From positions 6,043 to 70,042 of the IMG/VR virus record IMGVR_UViG_2600255040_000002: 64,000 bases of DNA. One strand, written 5' to 3'. Under the pieces are notes generated by a model. That model made no database searches, was not told the DNA's origin, and saw only the letters and a list, made by a program, of their open reading frames with translations. The translations under genes and the position numbers were made by a program. The DNA is from a virus. Its lineage: Duplodnaviria > Caudoviricetes. Below, one piece after another: positions 17,345 to 27,807 of the stretch (position 1 is the first letter of the stretch; every line of letters starts with the position of its first letter).

Positions 17345-17764
17345 ATGCAGAAGATCACATTTGATACGGGCATTAAAACCTATCAGATCAATGAAAGCGG
17401 CATTTTGCGGTTTAACCCATCTGACCCAAATCTGTACAAGCGGTTCAAAGACCTGCGCATGGAAATTGAGCAAATCCAAAAGGATTATAACGAACGTTCA
17501 AAATCCGCGGAGACCGGAGAGGATGCCATTGACCTGCTGGCCGAGTATGACGCCCGCGTAAAAAAGTCTCTCTCCCATGTGTTCGGCGGGGAAAATGACT
17601 TTGATAGCATCTTGAGCGGTGCGAATGTAATGGCTGTTGCCAGTAACGGGGAGTTGGTCATTACAAATTTCTTGGATGCTATGTTCCCCATCGTTGAAGA
17701 TGGCGTGAAGACCTATGCAAAGATGGAGGCTCAGAAAGCCGTGCAGGAGGCAAGAAATAAATGA
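17345..17764 (+). CDS. Tail assembly chaperone
   Basis: Position between tube and tape measure genes. Confidence 0.75.
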   Translation: MQKITFDTGIKTYQINESGILRFNPSDPNLYKRFKDLRMEIEQIQKDYNERSKSAETGEDAIDLLAEYDARVKKSLSHVFGGENDFDSILSGANVMAVASNGELVITNFLDAMFPIVEDGVKTYAKMEAQKAVQEARNK

Positions 17765-18309
17765 GATGGACACTCCCGGTCAATCTTGAAGTTGGTGGAA
17801 AAGAATATGCAATCAACGCCGATTACCGGGATATCCTGAACATCATTTCCAGACTTAACGGCGGCGAAAACGAGTTTGTTAAGGTCTATGTGTGCTTGGC
17901 CCTGTTTTATCCCCAATTTGAAGAAATGCCGGAAAGTGATTATCAAGAAGCGCTTGAAAAGCTGCTTTGGTTTATCGCCTGCGGAGAAGAACGGGAGGAT
18001 AAAAAACGGCCAAAACTGATCGACTGGGAGCAGGACTACCAAATGATCGCCGCCGACATTATCAAGGTGGCCGGGCATGATGTTAGATCGGATTCTTTCT
18101 GCCATTGGTGGACCTTTGTTTCTTACTTTATGGGCATTGGGGAAGGGCAGCTTTCCGCCGTTGTTTCCATCCGTGACAAGCTCCGGAAACACAAAAAACT
18201 CGAAAAGTGGGAAAAGGAATTTTACAACCAGAACCGCTCAAAAGTTGATCTAAAGCGGCATTACACGGAAGAAGAGGACGAACTTCTGAAAAAACTGCTA
18301 GGGAGGTGA
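17761..18309 (+). CDS. A118 Gp15-like tail assembly protein
   Basis: YAINADYRDIL...IDWEQDYQMI...HWWTF. Confidence 0.85.
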   Translation: MRWTLPVNLEVGGKEYAINADYRDILNIISRLNGGENEFVKVYVCLALFYPQFEEMPESDYQEALEKLLWFIACGEEREDKKRPKLIDWEQDYQMIAADIIKVAGHDVRSDSFCHWWTFVSYFMGIGEGQLSAVVSIRDKLRKHKKLEKWEKEFYNQNRSKVDLKRHYTEEEDELLKKLLGR

Positions 18310-18313
18310 GAAC

Positions 18314-20743
18314 ATGGCGGCAGCAGATGGCTCTATTATCATTGATGTTCGAGCAAACACACAACAGGCGACAAGTGCGTTGACAAAGCTGGCAAAGTTG
18401 GCTGCAACGGCCTTTGCTGTTGATAAAATTATCGACTTTTCCAAACAGGCTATCCAGCTTGGAAGCGATGTTGCGGAAGTCCAGAATGTTGTCGACGTGG
18501 CCTTTGGCGATATGTCCAGCGCCGTTGACGAGTTTGCCCAAAACGCCATCACCAACTTCGGCATGAGCGAGCTTGCGGCCAAGCGTACCGCCTCTACATA
18601 TATGGCAATGGCAAGCAATATGGGCTTGTCGCAAGCAGAGGCGGCAGAGATGTCCTTGACACTCACCGGCCTTACAGGTGATGTGGCATCTTTCTACAAC
18701 ATCTCTCAGGAGCTGGCGGACATTAAGCTGAAATCCGTCTTTACGGGTGAAACGGAAACATTAAAAGACCTGGGTATCGTTATGACCCAGGCAAACCTAG
18801 AAGCGTTTGCGCTGTCTCAGGGCATCACCAAAAGTATTTCCGCAATGTCTCAGGCGGAGCTGGTGACTCTGCGCTATAACTTTGTTTTGGATCAGCTGTC
18901 TTTGGCCTCCGGTGACTTTATTCGGACACAAGACAGCTGGGCGAACCAGACACGTATTCTCTCTATGCAGTGGGAGCAGTTTATGTCCATTATTGGACAG
19001 GCGTTGATCCAAGTGTTGCTCCCAGTGATTAAGACCCTGAACAGTATCGTATCCGCCTTGATAGATATGGCAAACGCATTTAATGCGGCCATTACTGCGA
19101 TTTTCGGCGGAGCCAATACAGAGATCACGCAAACGCAGGAAAATGTTGGTGGAGTCTCTTCTGGCATTGGCGATGCAGTTGACAATCAGAACGCATTGAC
19201 GGATGCGACAAAAGAGACTAACAAGGAGCAGAAAAAGAGTATAGCTTCGTTTGATGAAATCAACAAACTGACTGGAAATTCTGCAAGCGGCTCCGGTGGC
19301 GGAGCGGGAGGAACAGCTGGCGGCGGCCTTTCCAAAATTGAGACCATTACCTCTAATGACATCGTGGAGAGTGCCGCGGAGAGCAAAATTCTTTCGTTAA
19401 TTGAACGTCTTAAAAACGCTTTCAAGCCACTGGAAGACTCTTTTAACGCAGCGTTTGCTAATATTTCCGCTGGCGCAAACCGTTTGTTTGCTGTGTTCCA
19501 GAATATGTGGAATGACATCAAGTCTCTTGGGCCGCCTCTATACGATTGGTTCAATAATGAGTTTATGGACTTCTTGAACCAGTTTATTCTTACGGCTGGG
19601 AATGTTGTCGGAGGGCTTCTGGACTCTGCGGCAATGGTGCTTTCCGATATTTGGAACATCGTAATTTTCCCTACGCTGACAAAGTGGGCGGTTGATATTC
19701 TCCCGCTGCTTACTAACATTGCGACGCAGGTTTTGAGTGTGGGAGATGTGCTTTTTGAAAATGTCAAGGCCGTGTTTGACATGATATGGCAAGATGCGAT
19801 TGCCCCGGCCATGCAGATCATTCAAGATATTTGGAACGATGTGTGGGACAGCATTATCAAATTCTGGAATACATGGGGCGCACCCATTTTCGACCAGATC
19901 AAACTCGCAATTAGTAACACAACGGCTACTTTCAAAAACATCTGGGACACCATTCTGAAACCAGTGCTGACTACTCTCGGCAACACCTTTACTGAGCTTT
20001 GGACTTTGCATTTGAAGCCGTTACTCGACAACTTCCTAAACTTTGTAGGGAAGTTGATTGAAGGGGCGCTCCGTATCTATAACGAGTTTATTTTGCCTCT
20101 TGTGGATTGGTTTGTGAATACCTTTGGACCTCCGATTTCTGCGGCATTTCAGGCAATTATTGAGATTTTAGGGAAAGTCATTGGGAAAATTGCTGATGTT
20201 GCCAGCTGGATTCTTGAACAACTTGGATTGGTTGTTGATTTTATTGTAAACGTGTTTACTGGCGATTGGGATAGCGCATGGGATAGCATTTCCGAAGCAT
20301 TTTCTAATATTTGGGATGGATTTGTGCAGACAATCAAGGATGCACTCAATATTGGAATCTCTCTTGTAAACAAGTTTATTGACTGGATCAACGAACATCT
20401 GGTTATTAGGATTCCGAAAGTCACGATTCCTTTCCTGGGAACGTTTGGCGGGCAAGAAATCCGCCCCTTTACAATCCCGAATATCCCGTATCTTGCGCAA
20501 GGAGCGGTTATTCCGCCTAATCGGGAGTTTCTGGCAGTGCTGGGCGATCAGAAACAAGGGACGAACATTGAGGCACCGCTATCCACGATTGAAAAAGCAG
20601 TGGAAAATGTTTTGAATCGGCGAGGGTATGGCGGTCAGCAGACAGTGATCTTGCAGCTTGACCGTGAGCAGCTTGGCAAAGTAGTCTATGAACTCAATAA
20701 AGCCGAGACACGGCGCATAGGGGTAAATCTGGCGGGGGTGTGA
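18314..20743 (+). CDS. Tape measure protein
   Basis: 809 aa, Ala-rich with Trp-periodic repeats; IPYLAQGAVIPPN C-terminus. Confidence 0.93.
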   Translation: MAAADGSIIIDVRANTQQATSALTKLAKLAATAFAVDKIIDFSKQAIQLGSDVAEVQNVVDVAFGDMSSAVDEFAQNAITNFGMSELAAKRTASTYMAMASNMGLSQAEAAEMSLTLTGLTGDVASFYNISQELADIKLKSVFTGETETLKDLGIVMTQANLEAFALSQGITKSISAMSQAELVTLRYNFVLDQLSLASGDFIRTQDSWANQTRILSMQWEQFMSIIGQALIQVLLPVIKTLNSIVSALIDMANAFNAAITAIFGGANTEITQTQENVGGVSSGIGDAVDNQNALTDATKETNKEQKKSIASFDEINKLTGNSASGSGGGAGGTAGGGLSKIETITSNDIVESAAESKILSLIERLKNAFKPLEDSFNAAFANISAGANRLFAVFQNMWNDIKSLGPPLYDWFNNEFMDFLNQFILTAGNVVGGLLDSAAMVLSDIWNIVIFPTLTKWAVDILPLLTNIATQVLSVGDVLFENVKAVFDMIWQDAIAPAMQIIQDIWNDVWDSIIKFWNTWGAPIFDQIKLAISNTTATFKNIWDTILKPVLTTLGNTFTELWTLHLKPLLDNFLNFVGKLIEGALRIYNEFILPLVDWFVNTFGPPISAAFQAIIEILGKVIGKIADVASWILEQLGLVVDFIVNVFTGDWDSAWDSISEAFSNIWDGFVQTIKDALNIGISLVNKFIDWINEHLVIRIPKVTIPFLGTFGGQEIRPFTIPNIPYLAQGAVIPPNREFLAVLGDQKQGTNIEAPLSTIEKAVENVLNRRGYGGQQTVILQLDREQLGKVVYELNKAETRRIGVNLAGV

Positions 20744-20744
20744 C

Positions 20745-21140
20745 ATGAGCTACATCAAACTGAATGGAAAAGAGTTTGACGCGGATGTTGCTATTTCCGC
20801 CTATAACCGTAACTTCAACGTTTTGGACGGAGAGAACGCGGGTCGTGTAATGACTGGCCGGATGGTGCGGGACATCATCGGAACGTATATCGGCCATCAA
20901 CTGACAGTGTTTCGCCGGGGCGACAACTACCAGGGCCTTGACGAGTTCTGGGACTACTTGGTGGAACATTCTGTGGATGACTCTGTACAGTTGGAAGCTG
21001 CTGATGGGCAAACCACGATCTCGTATGAAGCCTATTACACCAGCGCCTCGCAGGACATGGAGAAGGTGGAAAATGGTATCAACTATTGGGGCGAAATCGA
21101 AGTTAGTTTTGTCCCCATGGAAGCGCAGGTGACTCCGTGA
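20745..21140 (+). CDS. Distal tail (Dit)-like protein
   Basis: Follows TMP; homologous to 58694-59089. Confidence 0.7.
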   Translation: MSYIKLNGKEFDADVAISAYNRNFNVLDGENAGRVMTGRMVRDIIGTYIGHQLTVFRRGDNYQGLDEFWDYLVEHSVDDSVQLEAADGQTTISYEAYYTSASQDMEKVENGINYWGEIEVSFVPMEAQVTP

Positions 21141-22597
21141 GTGTTACTACTGTACTTTACAAGGACATAGCGCCGGGAGCGGACGAGGACGCTTCTGTCT
21201 CCACTACGGAGGCCATGTCGTTTTCTTCTCCGTCTAAACTCCCGTTCGGTATTACGCCGGAGCCGACGATTACTTGTGAGCCGAACCACTGGGGCTTGAC
21301 TGGGGAATATGTCACCGTAGATACGCAAGAGGTTGCATTCTGGTCTGTGGAAACGAGCGGAGACGACTGTGATTTTACACACAAACCAGTCATCACGCTT
21401 GAAATGGACCAGCAATATTCATCGGTTGGCATCACATTGGCGTTTGATACGGCATCCGGTAACTATTGCCCGTCTGTCAATATCAAGTGGTATCAGGGGG
21501 AGGCTCTCAAGGCGGACGTGGACTTCACTCCCAATGTAGCAACATATTTCTGTAATCAGAAAGTGCAGAGCTATGACAAAGTGGTTATTACCCTGAACAG
21601 CACGAATTTGCCCAATCTCAGGGCAAAACTGGAACATATTATTTTCGGCGTCTACCGCTATTTCGGAATGTCTGAGTTACGGTCCGCTTCCATCATTAAT
21701 GAAATGAGCCTGATTTCTACGGAAATGCCCATCTCTACAATGAACTGGACGTTAGACAGCCGGGAAGACGTGGACTTTATGTTCCAGCTCAAACAGCCTG
21801 TAGAGGTCAGAAACGACGATAAACTGATCGGCGTGTACTACATCGACAGCCACACCAGACAGGCGCAGAACCTGTACACAATCGACTGTCAGGACGCTTT
21901 TGGAGTGCTGGATGACAGCCCATTCCCTGGCGGCGTGTATAATGCGAAATCTGCGAAATCTCTATTGGAAGAGATCGTGAATGGACAGTTTTCCATCGAG
22001 TATGACTCGGACGTAGAGGACACGGCTTTGACAGGAATTATTACATCCGGGACTATCCGAACGGCTATACAGCAGGTGCTATTTGCGTGGGGCGTGTGCG
22101 CGTCAACTGATGGGCGGGACGGCATCCGAGTATTTAATTTGCCGGGGACTCCTGAAGCCATCACAGAGGATTACACGTTTACCGGAGTCACCGTGGATAC
22201 CAGCGCACTTGTGACAGAGGTTAGAGTGACCGCCCATGTATATACTCAGACCGAAAACGGAGGCGTGGAGATCAACGGTGCCAAATACGACGATGCCAAA
22301 ACAGTTTACACCATTACTAACCCGGATGTAATTGCCACCGATAAGCAAAATGTTATTGAGGTTGCGGACGCCACGCTGGTTTCGCCGGATATTGGGCAAG
22401 CAACGGCACAGAGGGTCTATGACTACTATGCAAAACGGATTACCACCAATGCGAAGATCGTTTGGACAGGAGAGCTATTAGGCGATTGTGTGACGCTTCC
22501 CACAACTTGGGGGGCCACGAATGCCGGGAATCTCCGTCGCATGGAAGTCAAGCTGTCAAATACCGTTGTGGCGACTGTGGCATCCCTTGGAGGCTAG
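21137..22597 (+). CDS. Baseplate hub/Tal-like protein
   Basis: Position; C-terminal half resembles the N-terminus of 59086-61293. Confidence 0.7.
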   Translation: MSVTTVLYKDIAPGADEDASVSTTEAMSFSSPSKLPFGITPEPTITCEPNHWGLTGEYVTVDTQEVAFWSVETSGDDCDFTHKPVITLEMDQQYSSVGITLAFDTASGNYCPSVNIKWYQGEALKADVDFTPNVATYFCNQKVQSYDKVVITLNSTNLPNLRAKLEHIIFGVYRYFGMSELRSASIINEMSLISTEMPISTMNWTLDSREDVDFMFQLKQPVEVRNDDKLIGVYYIDSHTRQAQNLYTIDCQDAFGVLDDSPFPGGVYNAKSAKSLLEEIVNGQFSIEYDSDVEDTALTGIITSGTIRTAIQQVLFAWGVCASTDGRDGIRVFNLPGTPEAITEDYTFTGVTVDTSALVTEVRVTAHVYTQTENGGVEINGAKYDDAKTVYTITNPDVIATDKQNVIEVADATLVSPDIGQATAQRVYDYYAKRITTNAKIVWTGELLGDCVTLPTTWGATNAGNLRRMEVKLSNTVVATVASLGG

Positions 22598-22598
22598 T

Positions 22599-23102
22599 AT
22601 GGGTATTATCGACACTTTGATAACAGACCGCACACAATCCGACGTGACTCGCTGGCGTACTCTGCATGATAAAGGCTGGGCTGGAATGACCGCCGACGAA
22701 AAAACGGAATGGTCTGCCGGAATGAAAGGAGCATACAACGCAACGGACCTGAACAGAGTTGGAGAAGCGATTAAATATATCGCTGATTTGTTCGGCGGGT
22801 TTGGATTTCCGATGGTGATTACTCCTAAGACTGACTGGACTATCAATGATATCCCGACTAGCCAGGATTTGGAGGGCTACCTTTCCAACGTGGCGGCAAT
22901 CCGCTCCATGATGTCCAATATTCCCGTTTATCCCTCCGGTTGGCAGGCTCCGCCGGAAAGCCCTGAAACCATACAACATCTCACCTATGAGCAGGCAAAT
23001 GACATCGAGCGGATATTGACCGATATCAACGATTTGTTGGTATGGGTCAGCAACAATCTTCTGTGGTTGTTCGCTGGTGACGTTTACGCTGGCGAATGGT
23101 AA
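22599..23102 (+). CDS. Tail/baseplate protein
   Basis: LITDRTQSDV...KGAYNATDLNRV. Confidence 0.7.
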   Translation: MGIIDTLITDRTQSDVTRWRTLHDKGWAGMTADEKTEWSAGMKGAYNATDLNRVGEAIKYIADLFGGFGFPMVITPKTDWTINDIPTSQDLEGYLSNVAAIRSMMSNIPVYPSGWQAPPESPETIQHLTYEQANDIERILTDINDLLVWVSNNLLWLFAGDVYAGEW

Positions 23103-23111
23103 GGAGGCAAC

Positions 23112-23375
23112 ATGCAAGACAGAATCCCTACTTATCCGGGGCGGGTTAAACTTACTCCTGTTTCCGGTCAAAAAGACACATACGACCTTGTAAGGGCAGA
23201 CGAGCCGTCACAGGTTGGAACGCCCCTCAGCACGGCTACGCTGTTTAAGCCGGAGACGGAGGCAATATTTTTTGGGAACACAGCAAACCGCACCGTTAAC
23301 GACGCCCTATATCTGATTGGCACCACCTTTACGGCAGCTCAAATCCAAGTAACCTACAACGGAGGTGGTAACTGA
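23112..23375 (+). CDS. Small tail protein
   Basis: MQDRIPTYPGRVKLTPV; AAGGAGG RBS. Confidence 0.7.
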   Translation: MQDRIPTYPGRVKLTPVSGQKDTYDLVRADEPSQVGTPLSTATLFKPETEAIFFGNTANRTVNDALYLIGTTFTAAQIQVTYNGGGN

Positions 23376-25270
23376 TGGCGCAGACACTTGGCAGCGTGGC
23401 GGTGGGGAGCATCGTCAAGATCGACGAGAACGGGAGCCCGGTAAACTACATCGTGGTGCATATCGGGAACCCGGATGTAAGGCTGTATGGTAGTGCCTGT
23501 GACGGTGCGTGGTTGCTGCGGCAGGACATTGTGGAGAACGTCCAGTGGAACAGCACCAATGCAAACATACTTGCAGGCTCCACAATTATGTCTACGATGG
23601 CTGGGTATCTGGGAAGGTATGAAAGCCACATCCAGTCTGCCATCAAGACAGTGAAAATCCCATACCATCCAGGAAATGGAGAACCTTTCTGGAACATCAA
23701 AAGTGGAGAAAATGGTTTGGAGTGCAAGCTGTTTCCGCTTGGCGGGTATGAGGTCGGCCTGTCTGACCCAAGCGGAATTATGCCCACAGATGGCGCGAAG
23801 CTGGATTACTTCAAGAGTGGACTTGACACGGAAGCCAATAGCAAGCGGATTGCTAAACTGAATGGAGCCGCGGCTGCTTGGTGGCTTCGCTCTCCAGTTT
23901 CTTTGAGCACAGACGGGAAGTTTTACATCTTGCCCGATGGCAGCTTGGGCAGCACTACGGTAAACCCCTCTTATGGCGCTCTACCCGCCATGATTATGGA
24001 CCCTACCATCCTGGTTTCGGATGATGGAACCGTTGGCGTTCCGGCGTCCCCTACCGCTTTGAATGTGCCGATTCAGGTCATGCAGGGACGGCAGATCACG
24101 GTGAGCTGGTCTGCCGTAGATGGAGCAAGCAGCTACATCCTGGAGCGCAAAGCGAACACGGACGCCGACTGGGTGCAGGTGTATTCCGGAGCAAACACGA
24201 GCTTTGAGGAAACGGTGGGCACCTGGACAAGCGTTCAGTACCGCGTCAAATCTCTCGCAAACGGGAAATATGGCGATTATACAACGAGCACATCTGTTTC
24301 CGTAGTCCCTCTTTCTGCCCTGGTGATTTCTGGGTCTGACGGCAGTTTGGGCACTCTCACAAATGATGTGCAGTATTCGGTGTCCTCCAGTGGGACCAGC
24401 GTTTTAACAGTTACAGAGACCATCAACGGCGTCAACACTCGGACATTCACGGCCACCAACGGAGCCGAAAACAAGATTTCGGTGGTGGACCTGCCCACGG
24501 GAATGGGCACCGTCAAGATTACGGCTTCCACCAATCCCGGCAGCGGCGTGGTGAGCGTGACGCGGGAGTGGACGTACACCAAGACGGCACCGACGTTTGC
24601 GAATGCGGGCAGCACGGCGCAGCTGCAGCAGAATGGGAAGAACATTTTCCCGCTGACACTGTTGGAGTGCGTGCGTGGGTTAGAAAATATAAACCCCACA
24701 AAATACGGACTAGGGAGCAACGCTGCTACCATCCCTGGGAACGATCTGAACAACGCCATATCAGGCGGATTCTATGCGTTCTCGTCAGCAGTGCAGAATA
24801 TTCCCAGCTTTAAGAGCGGAAAAGTTCTGGTCATGCCGTATACAAGCCTGCAATATTACACGCAAATCGCATTTGCGGCCCTTACTTCCGAAATTGCTAT
24901 GCGGTTCTGCAATGATGGCAACTGGGGCCCTTGGGAATACCTGAACCCGTTACTGTCTGTCGGAGTCGAGTACCGCACCGTGGAGCGGTACAACGGCAAG
25001 CCTGTGTATATCAAAGCGATAAACTTTGGGGCATTGCCTAACAATGCTAATAAATCTGTGGAGCACGGCGTAGAAGATATGGGAATATGTTTTGAACTCT
25101 TTGGAAATTCTTCCCCAAACAGTGCTCCGCCGATTGGCGTAAATTTGATTGGAGATAGCAGGGTTACCGAAATTTACCGTGCCGGCAATGTCATCTATAT
25201 TGGCTCTCATGTAGCTTTCCAAACGTCTAGTGCTATTGTTGTCATGAAGTACACCAAAACCACGGATTAA
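23375..25270 (+). CDS. Tail fibre / receptor-binding protein (DUF6273-like, FN3-like, knob domains)
   Basis: WWLRSP lectin-like motif, FN3-like VSWSAVDGASSYILER, C-terminal GVEYRTVER..YTKTTD. Confidence 0.75.
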   Translation: MAQTLGSVAVGSIVKIDENGSPVNYIVVHIGNPDVRLYGSACDGAWLLRQDIVENVQWNSTNANILAGSTIMSTMAGYLGRYESHIQSAIKTVKIPYHPGNGEPFWNIKSGENGLECKLFPLGGYEVGLSDPSGIMPTDGAKLDYFKSGLDTEANSKRIAKLNGAAAAWWLRSPVSLSTDGKFYILPDGSLGSTTVNPSYGALPAMIMDPTILVSDDGTVGVPASPTALNVPIQVMQGRQITVSWSAVDGASSYILERKANTDADWVQVYSGANTSFEETVGTWTSVQYRVKSLANGKYGDYTTSTSVSVVPLSALVISGSDGSLGTLTNDVQYSVSSSGTSVLTVTETINGVNTRTFTATNGAENKISVVDLPTGMGTVKITASTNPGSGVVSVTREWTYTKTAPTFANAGSTAQLQQNGKNIFPLTLLECVRGLENINPTKYGLGSNAATIPGNDLNNAISGGFYAFSSAVQNIPSFKSGKVLVMPYTSLQYYTQIAFAALTSEIAMRFCNDGNWGPWEYLNPLLSVGVEYRTVERYNGKPVYIKAINFGALPNNANKSVEHGVEDMGICFELFGNSSPNSAPPIGVNLIGDSRVTEIYRAGNVIYIGSHVAFQTSSAIVVMKYTKTTD

Positions 25271-25280
25271 GGAGGGCACT

Positions 25281-25532
25281 ATGAAGATCATCAAATACCA
25301 GCTGGCGACAGAGATCAACCACGGCACCCCCGAGGAGCCTGACATCGAGACGGTGCTCTCCGGTGTTACGATGCCCTACACGGAGGCGAATTACGCCATC
25401 GCCCAGGCTGAAGCCTATCAAGGGCAGATTACCGTAGAGGACGATGGACAGCCGGAGCCGGAACCTGAACCGGAGTATGTGACCTATGCGGAGCTTGCAG
25501 AAGCGATTAGAGAGGGCGTGAACGCAGTATGA
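25281..25532 (+). CDS. Tail fibre accessory protein (N-terminus shared with 62188-62613)
   Basis: First ~45 codons ~90% identical to the prophage 2 gene. Confidence 0.75.
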   Translation: MKIIKYQLATEINHGTPEEPDIETVLSGVTMPYTEANYAIAQAEAYQGQITVEDDGQPEPEPEPEYVTYAELAEAIREGVNAV

Positions 25533-25996
25533 CGGACAAGCAGTTTGTACTTACCACCATGCGGGACACCGGGCTTGCGAGGGCGCAGACCCTCCAGGCC
25601 CAGGCACCGGAAATGACGGGGACGGAGCTGTATGCCTCCGAGGACTACATCCCCAGTTTTACGGCGGCCTGTGAGGCCATGAATATGCTAGAACGTAAGG
25701 CGGGATTTGTCTGCAGGTCCACGGCGGGGCGTGTGGTGCGTCTCCTCCAACCCTATGACAGCACCATCTACAACACCCAGGAGCCGGAGGACCTGCCCGC
25801 ACAGTGGGGCTTTGTATGGTCCACAGACCCGGACAAGGCCCTGCCGTTTATCGCCGTCTCCACTTCGCCGTATATGACCGGGGATTGCTGCACCTATGAG
25901 GGCCACGTCTGGCGCTCCGGGCAGGACTTCAATGTGTGGGAACCTGGAAGCGTGGGCGTGAAGTGGGAGGACCTGGGGGAGGTGTCCAATGGCTGA
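25529..25996 (+). CDS. Hypothetical tail-associated protein
   Basis: Coupled; C-terminal Trp-rich carbohydrate-binding-like motif. Confidence 0.7.
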   Translation: MTDKQFVLTTMRDTGLARAQTLQAQAPEMTGTELYASEDYIPSFTAACEAMNMLERKAGFVCRSTAGRVVRLLQPYDSTIYNTQEPEDLPAQWGFVWSTDPDKALPFIAVSTSPYMTGDCCTYEGHVWRSGQDFNVWEPGSVGVKWEDLGEVSNG

Positions 25997-26327
25997 CGAG
26001 AAGTGCGTTAGAGACCCCCGGCATGACTGCTTTGGCCTGGAAGCAGCAGCCCGTCTGGAGGGGCGCATCAAGGCCCTGGAGGACTGGCAGCAGGACTCCA
26101 AGAAGTTCCATAATTCGTTTTATGACTGGCAGCGGGAACAGATTGCCCGAGATGCCAAGCTGGACGAGCAGCTTTCTAACATGGATAAAAACATCGAAAA
26201 GCTGCTGGCAAAGCAGGAGGAACAGACGGCAAAACCAGGGCGCCGCTGGGAGGCCATCGTGGACAAGTCCGTGTGGGCGGTGCTTGCGGCTGTAATTGCG
26301 TTTATTCTGGCTCGCATTGGGCTGTAA
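25989..26327 (+). CDS. Coiled-coil protein with C-terminal TM (lysis-associated)
   Basis: WEAIVDKSVWAVLAAVIAFILARIGL. Confidence 0.75.
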   Translation: MADEKCVRDPRHDCFGLEAAARLEGRIKALEDWQQDSKKFHNSFYDWQREQIARDAKLDEQLSNMDKNIEKLLAKQEEQTAKPGRRWEAIVDKSVWAVLAAVIAFILARIGL

Positions 26328-26440
26328 AAAAGCGACGCCCCCGAAGGAGCGCCGCAAGCCCGTAGTATTCGTTGTCTCCGTCCATTGCGACTTAACGCGG
26401 AGGGAGCGCTATCAAAACAGCACACGTCTGCACAACGGGC
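26326..26440 (-). ncRNA. ~115-nt antisense-oriented small RNA with its own promoter and terminator
   Basis: TTGACC-17-TAAGAT promoter (26475-26447), closing stem GCCCGT/ACGGGC, GC hairpin plus U6. Confidence 0.7.
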
Positions 26441-26503
26441 AATAACATCTTACATCATTAGAAACCGGCGGTCAAGCCGGATATTTGAAAGGAGCTACCA
26501 ATC

Positions 26504-26821
26504 ATGAACAAGACCATCAATAACATCATCGATGACTTCAAGAGCGGCAAGATTACTGCGGAGGAGGCAAATAAGCTTCTGGACGAGGTCAACGCCGGAT
26601 TCTCCCTCAATCCTGAAAAGAACCCTAGTGGTGGATGGACTGAGGCAGAGATGGCGGAGGGCTTCCGTCCTGGTGAGGCAAAGGATCCTCTGCCGGACAA
26701 GGTGGATATGAGCCGAAATCATGCGCTTGCCGGACAAGTGGTTCGCCAGAATACCAAGCGCGGAAAGTTTGATGTGACCTATGACGCGGACGGCTATGCT
26801 GTCAAGGCTATTCGAGTGTAA
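26504..26821 (+). CDS. Hypothetical protein (homolog of 63408-63743)
   Basis: GAAAGGAG RBS; similar N-terminus to the prophage 2 gene. Confidence 0.75.
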   Translation: MNKTINNIIDDFKSGKITAEEANKLLDEVNAGFSLNPEKNPSGGWTEAEMAEGFRPGEAKDPLPDKVDMSRNHALAGQVVRQNTKRGKFDVTYDADGYAVKAIRV

Positions 26822-26835
26822 TCGGGAGGTCTGAT

Positions 26836-27111
26836 ATGGACATTTCCTCTCTTGGCATTACCGGCGTGGCGGCTATCACTGTTATCTGCCTGCTGATCGG
26901 GCAGGGCGTCAAGGCGTCCGGCCTGGACAACAAGTTTATTCCTATCATCTGCGGCGTCTGCGGCGCTGTGCTGGGCGTAGCGGGCATGTTCATCATGCCG
27001 GACTTCCCGGCCACGGACTACATCACTGCGGCGGCTGTGGGTATTGTGAGCGGTCTGGCTGCTACCGGAGCCAACCAGGTAATCAAGCAGCTGGGAAGTG
27101 ACAGTAAATGA
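26836..27111 (+). CDS. Holin
   Basis: Three TM segments, GIVSGLAATGANQ motif, directly before the endolysin. Confidence 0.9.
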   Translation: MDISSLGITGVAAITVICLLIGQGVKASGLDNKFIPIICGVCGAVLGVAGMFIMPDFPATDYITAAAVGIVSGLAATGANQVIKQLGSDSK

Positions 27112-27803
27112 GCTACACCCTAAAAGAGCAACTGGCGAACTCCGGGAACTATGGCGGTTCCCGGGCGGCCAGCCAGATCAAGTACCTGATCTTCCATTAC
27201 ACTGGAAATGATGGGGACAAGGCGGCCAATAATGCCGCGTACTTCCAGCAGAACATCGTCAAGGCATCCGCCCACTATTTCGTGGACGATACCACGGTCT
27301 GGAGGTCTGTGCCAGACCTGAAGGTGGCCTGGGCGGTGGGTGGCAGCAAGTATCCCAACGCCGACAAGACCGGCGGCGGGACCATGCATGGGATCATCAC
27401 CAACACCAACTCCATCAGCATCGAGATGTGCGATACCATCCGGAACGGTGTCTACCAGGCCAGCGAGGCCACCCTGGCCAACGCGGCGGCCCTGGGCAGG
27501 GAGCTGATGGCCAAGTATGGGATCCCGCTTGAGCGGGTGTACCGGCACTTCGACGTGACCGGCAAGCACTGCCCGTCGTACTTGGTGAACGCACAGAAGT
27601 GGGCAGAGTTCAAGAAGAGACTGGAGGTCAAGATCATGGACAATGCGCCGTCTCCCGCCCACAAGGAGGGCGTGGAATGGGCCATTGCAAACGGCATCAT
27701 GACGGGCAACGGTGAAGGAGACCTGATGCTCTCCCAGCCCGTTACCCGGCAGCAGATGTGTACGATGTTGCATCGGCTTTGGGAGCTGATCGAAAGGACG
27801 TGA
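27108..27803 (+). CDS. N-acetylmuramoyl-L-alanine amidase endolysin with SLH-like tail
   Basis: IFHYTGN, SAHYFVD, RHFDVTGKHCP; VEWAIANGIMTG. Confidence 0.93.
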   Translation: MSYTLKEQLANSGNYGGSRAASQIKYLIFHYTGNDGDKAANNAAYFQQNIVKASAHYFVDDTTVWRSVPDLKVAWAVGGSKYPNADKTGGGTMHGIITNTNSISIEMCDTIRNGVYQASEATLANAAALGRELMAKYGIPLERVYRHFDVTGKHCPSYLVNAQKWAEFKKRLEVKIMDNAPSPAHKEGVEWAIANGIMTGNGEGDLMLSQPVTRQQMCTMLHRLWELIERT

Positions 27804-27807
27804 AACT

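Noticed and set aside
23375-24010. Diversity-generating retroelement target (WWLRSP lectin-like domain)
   Set aside because: No reverse transcriptase and no adenine-variant template repeat in the window; the domain is N-terminal. An RT elsewhere cannot be excluded.
23375-25996. Invertible tail-fibre shufflon
   Set aside because: No inverted cassettes, crossover repeats or serine/tyrosine invertase near either tail module.
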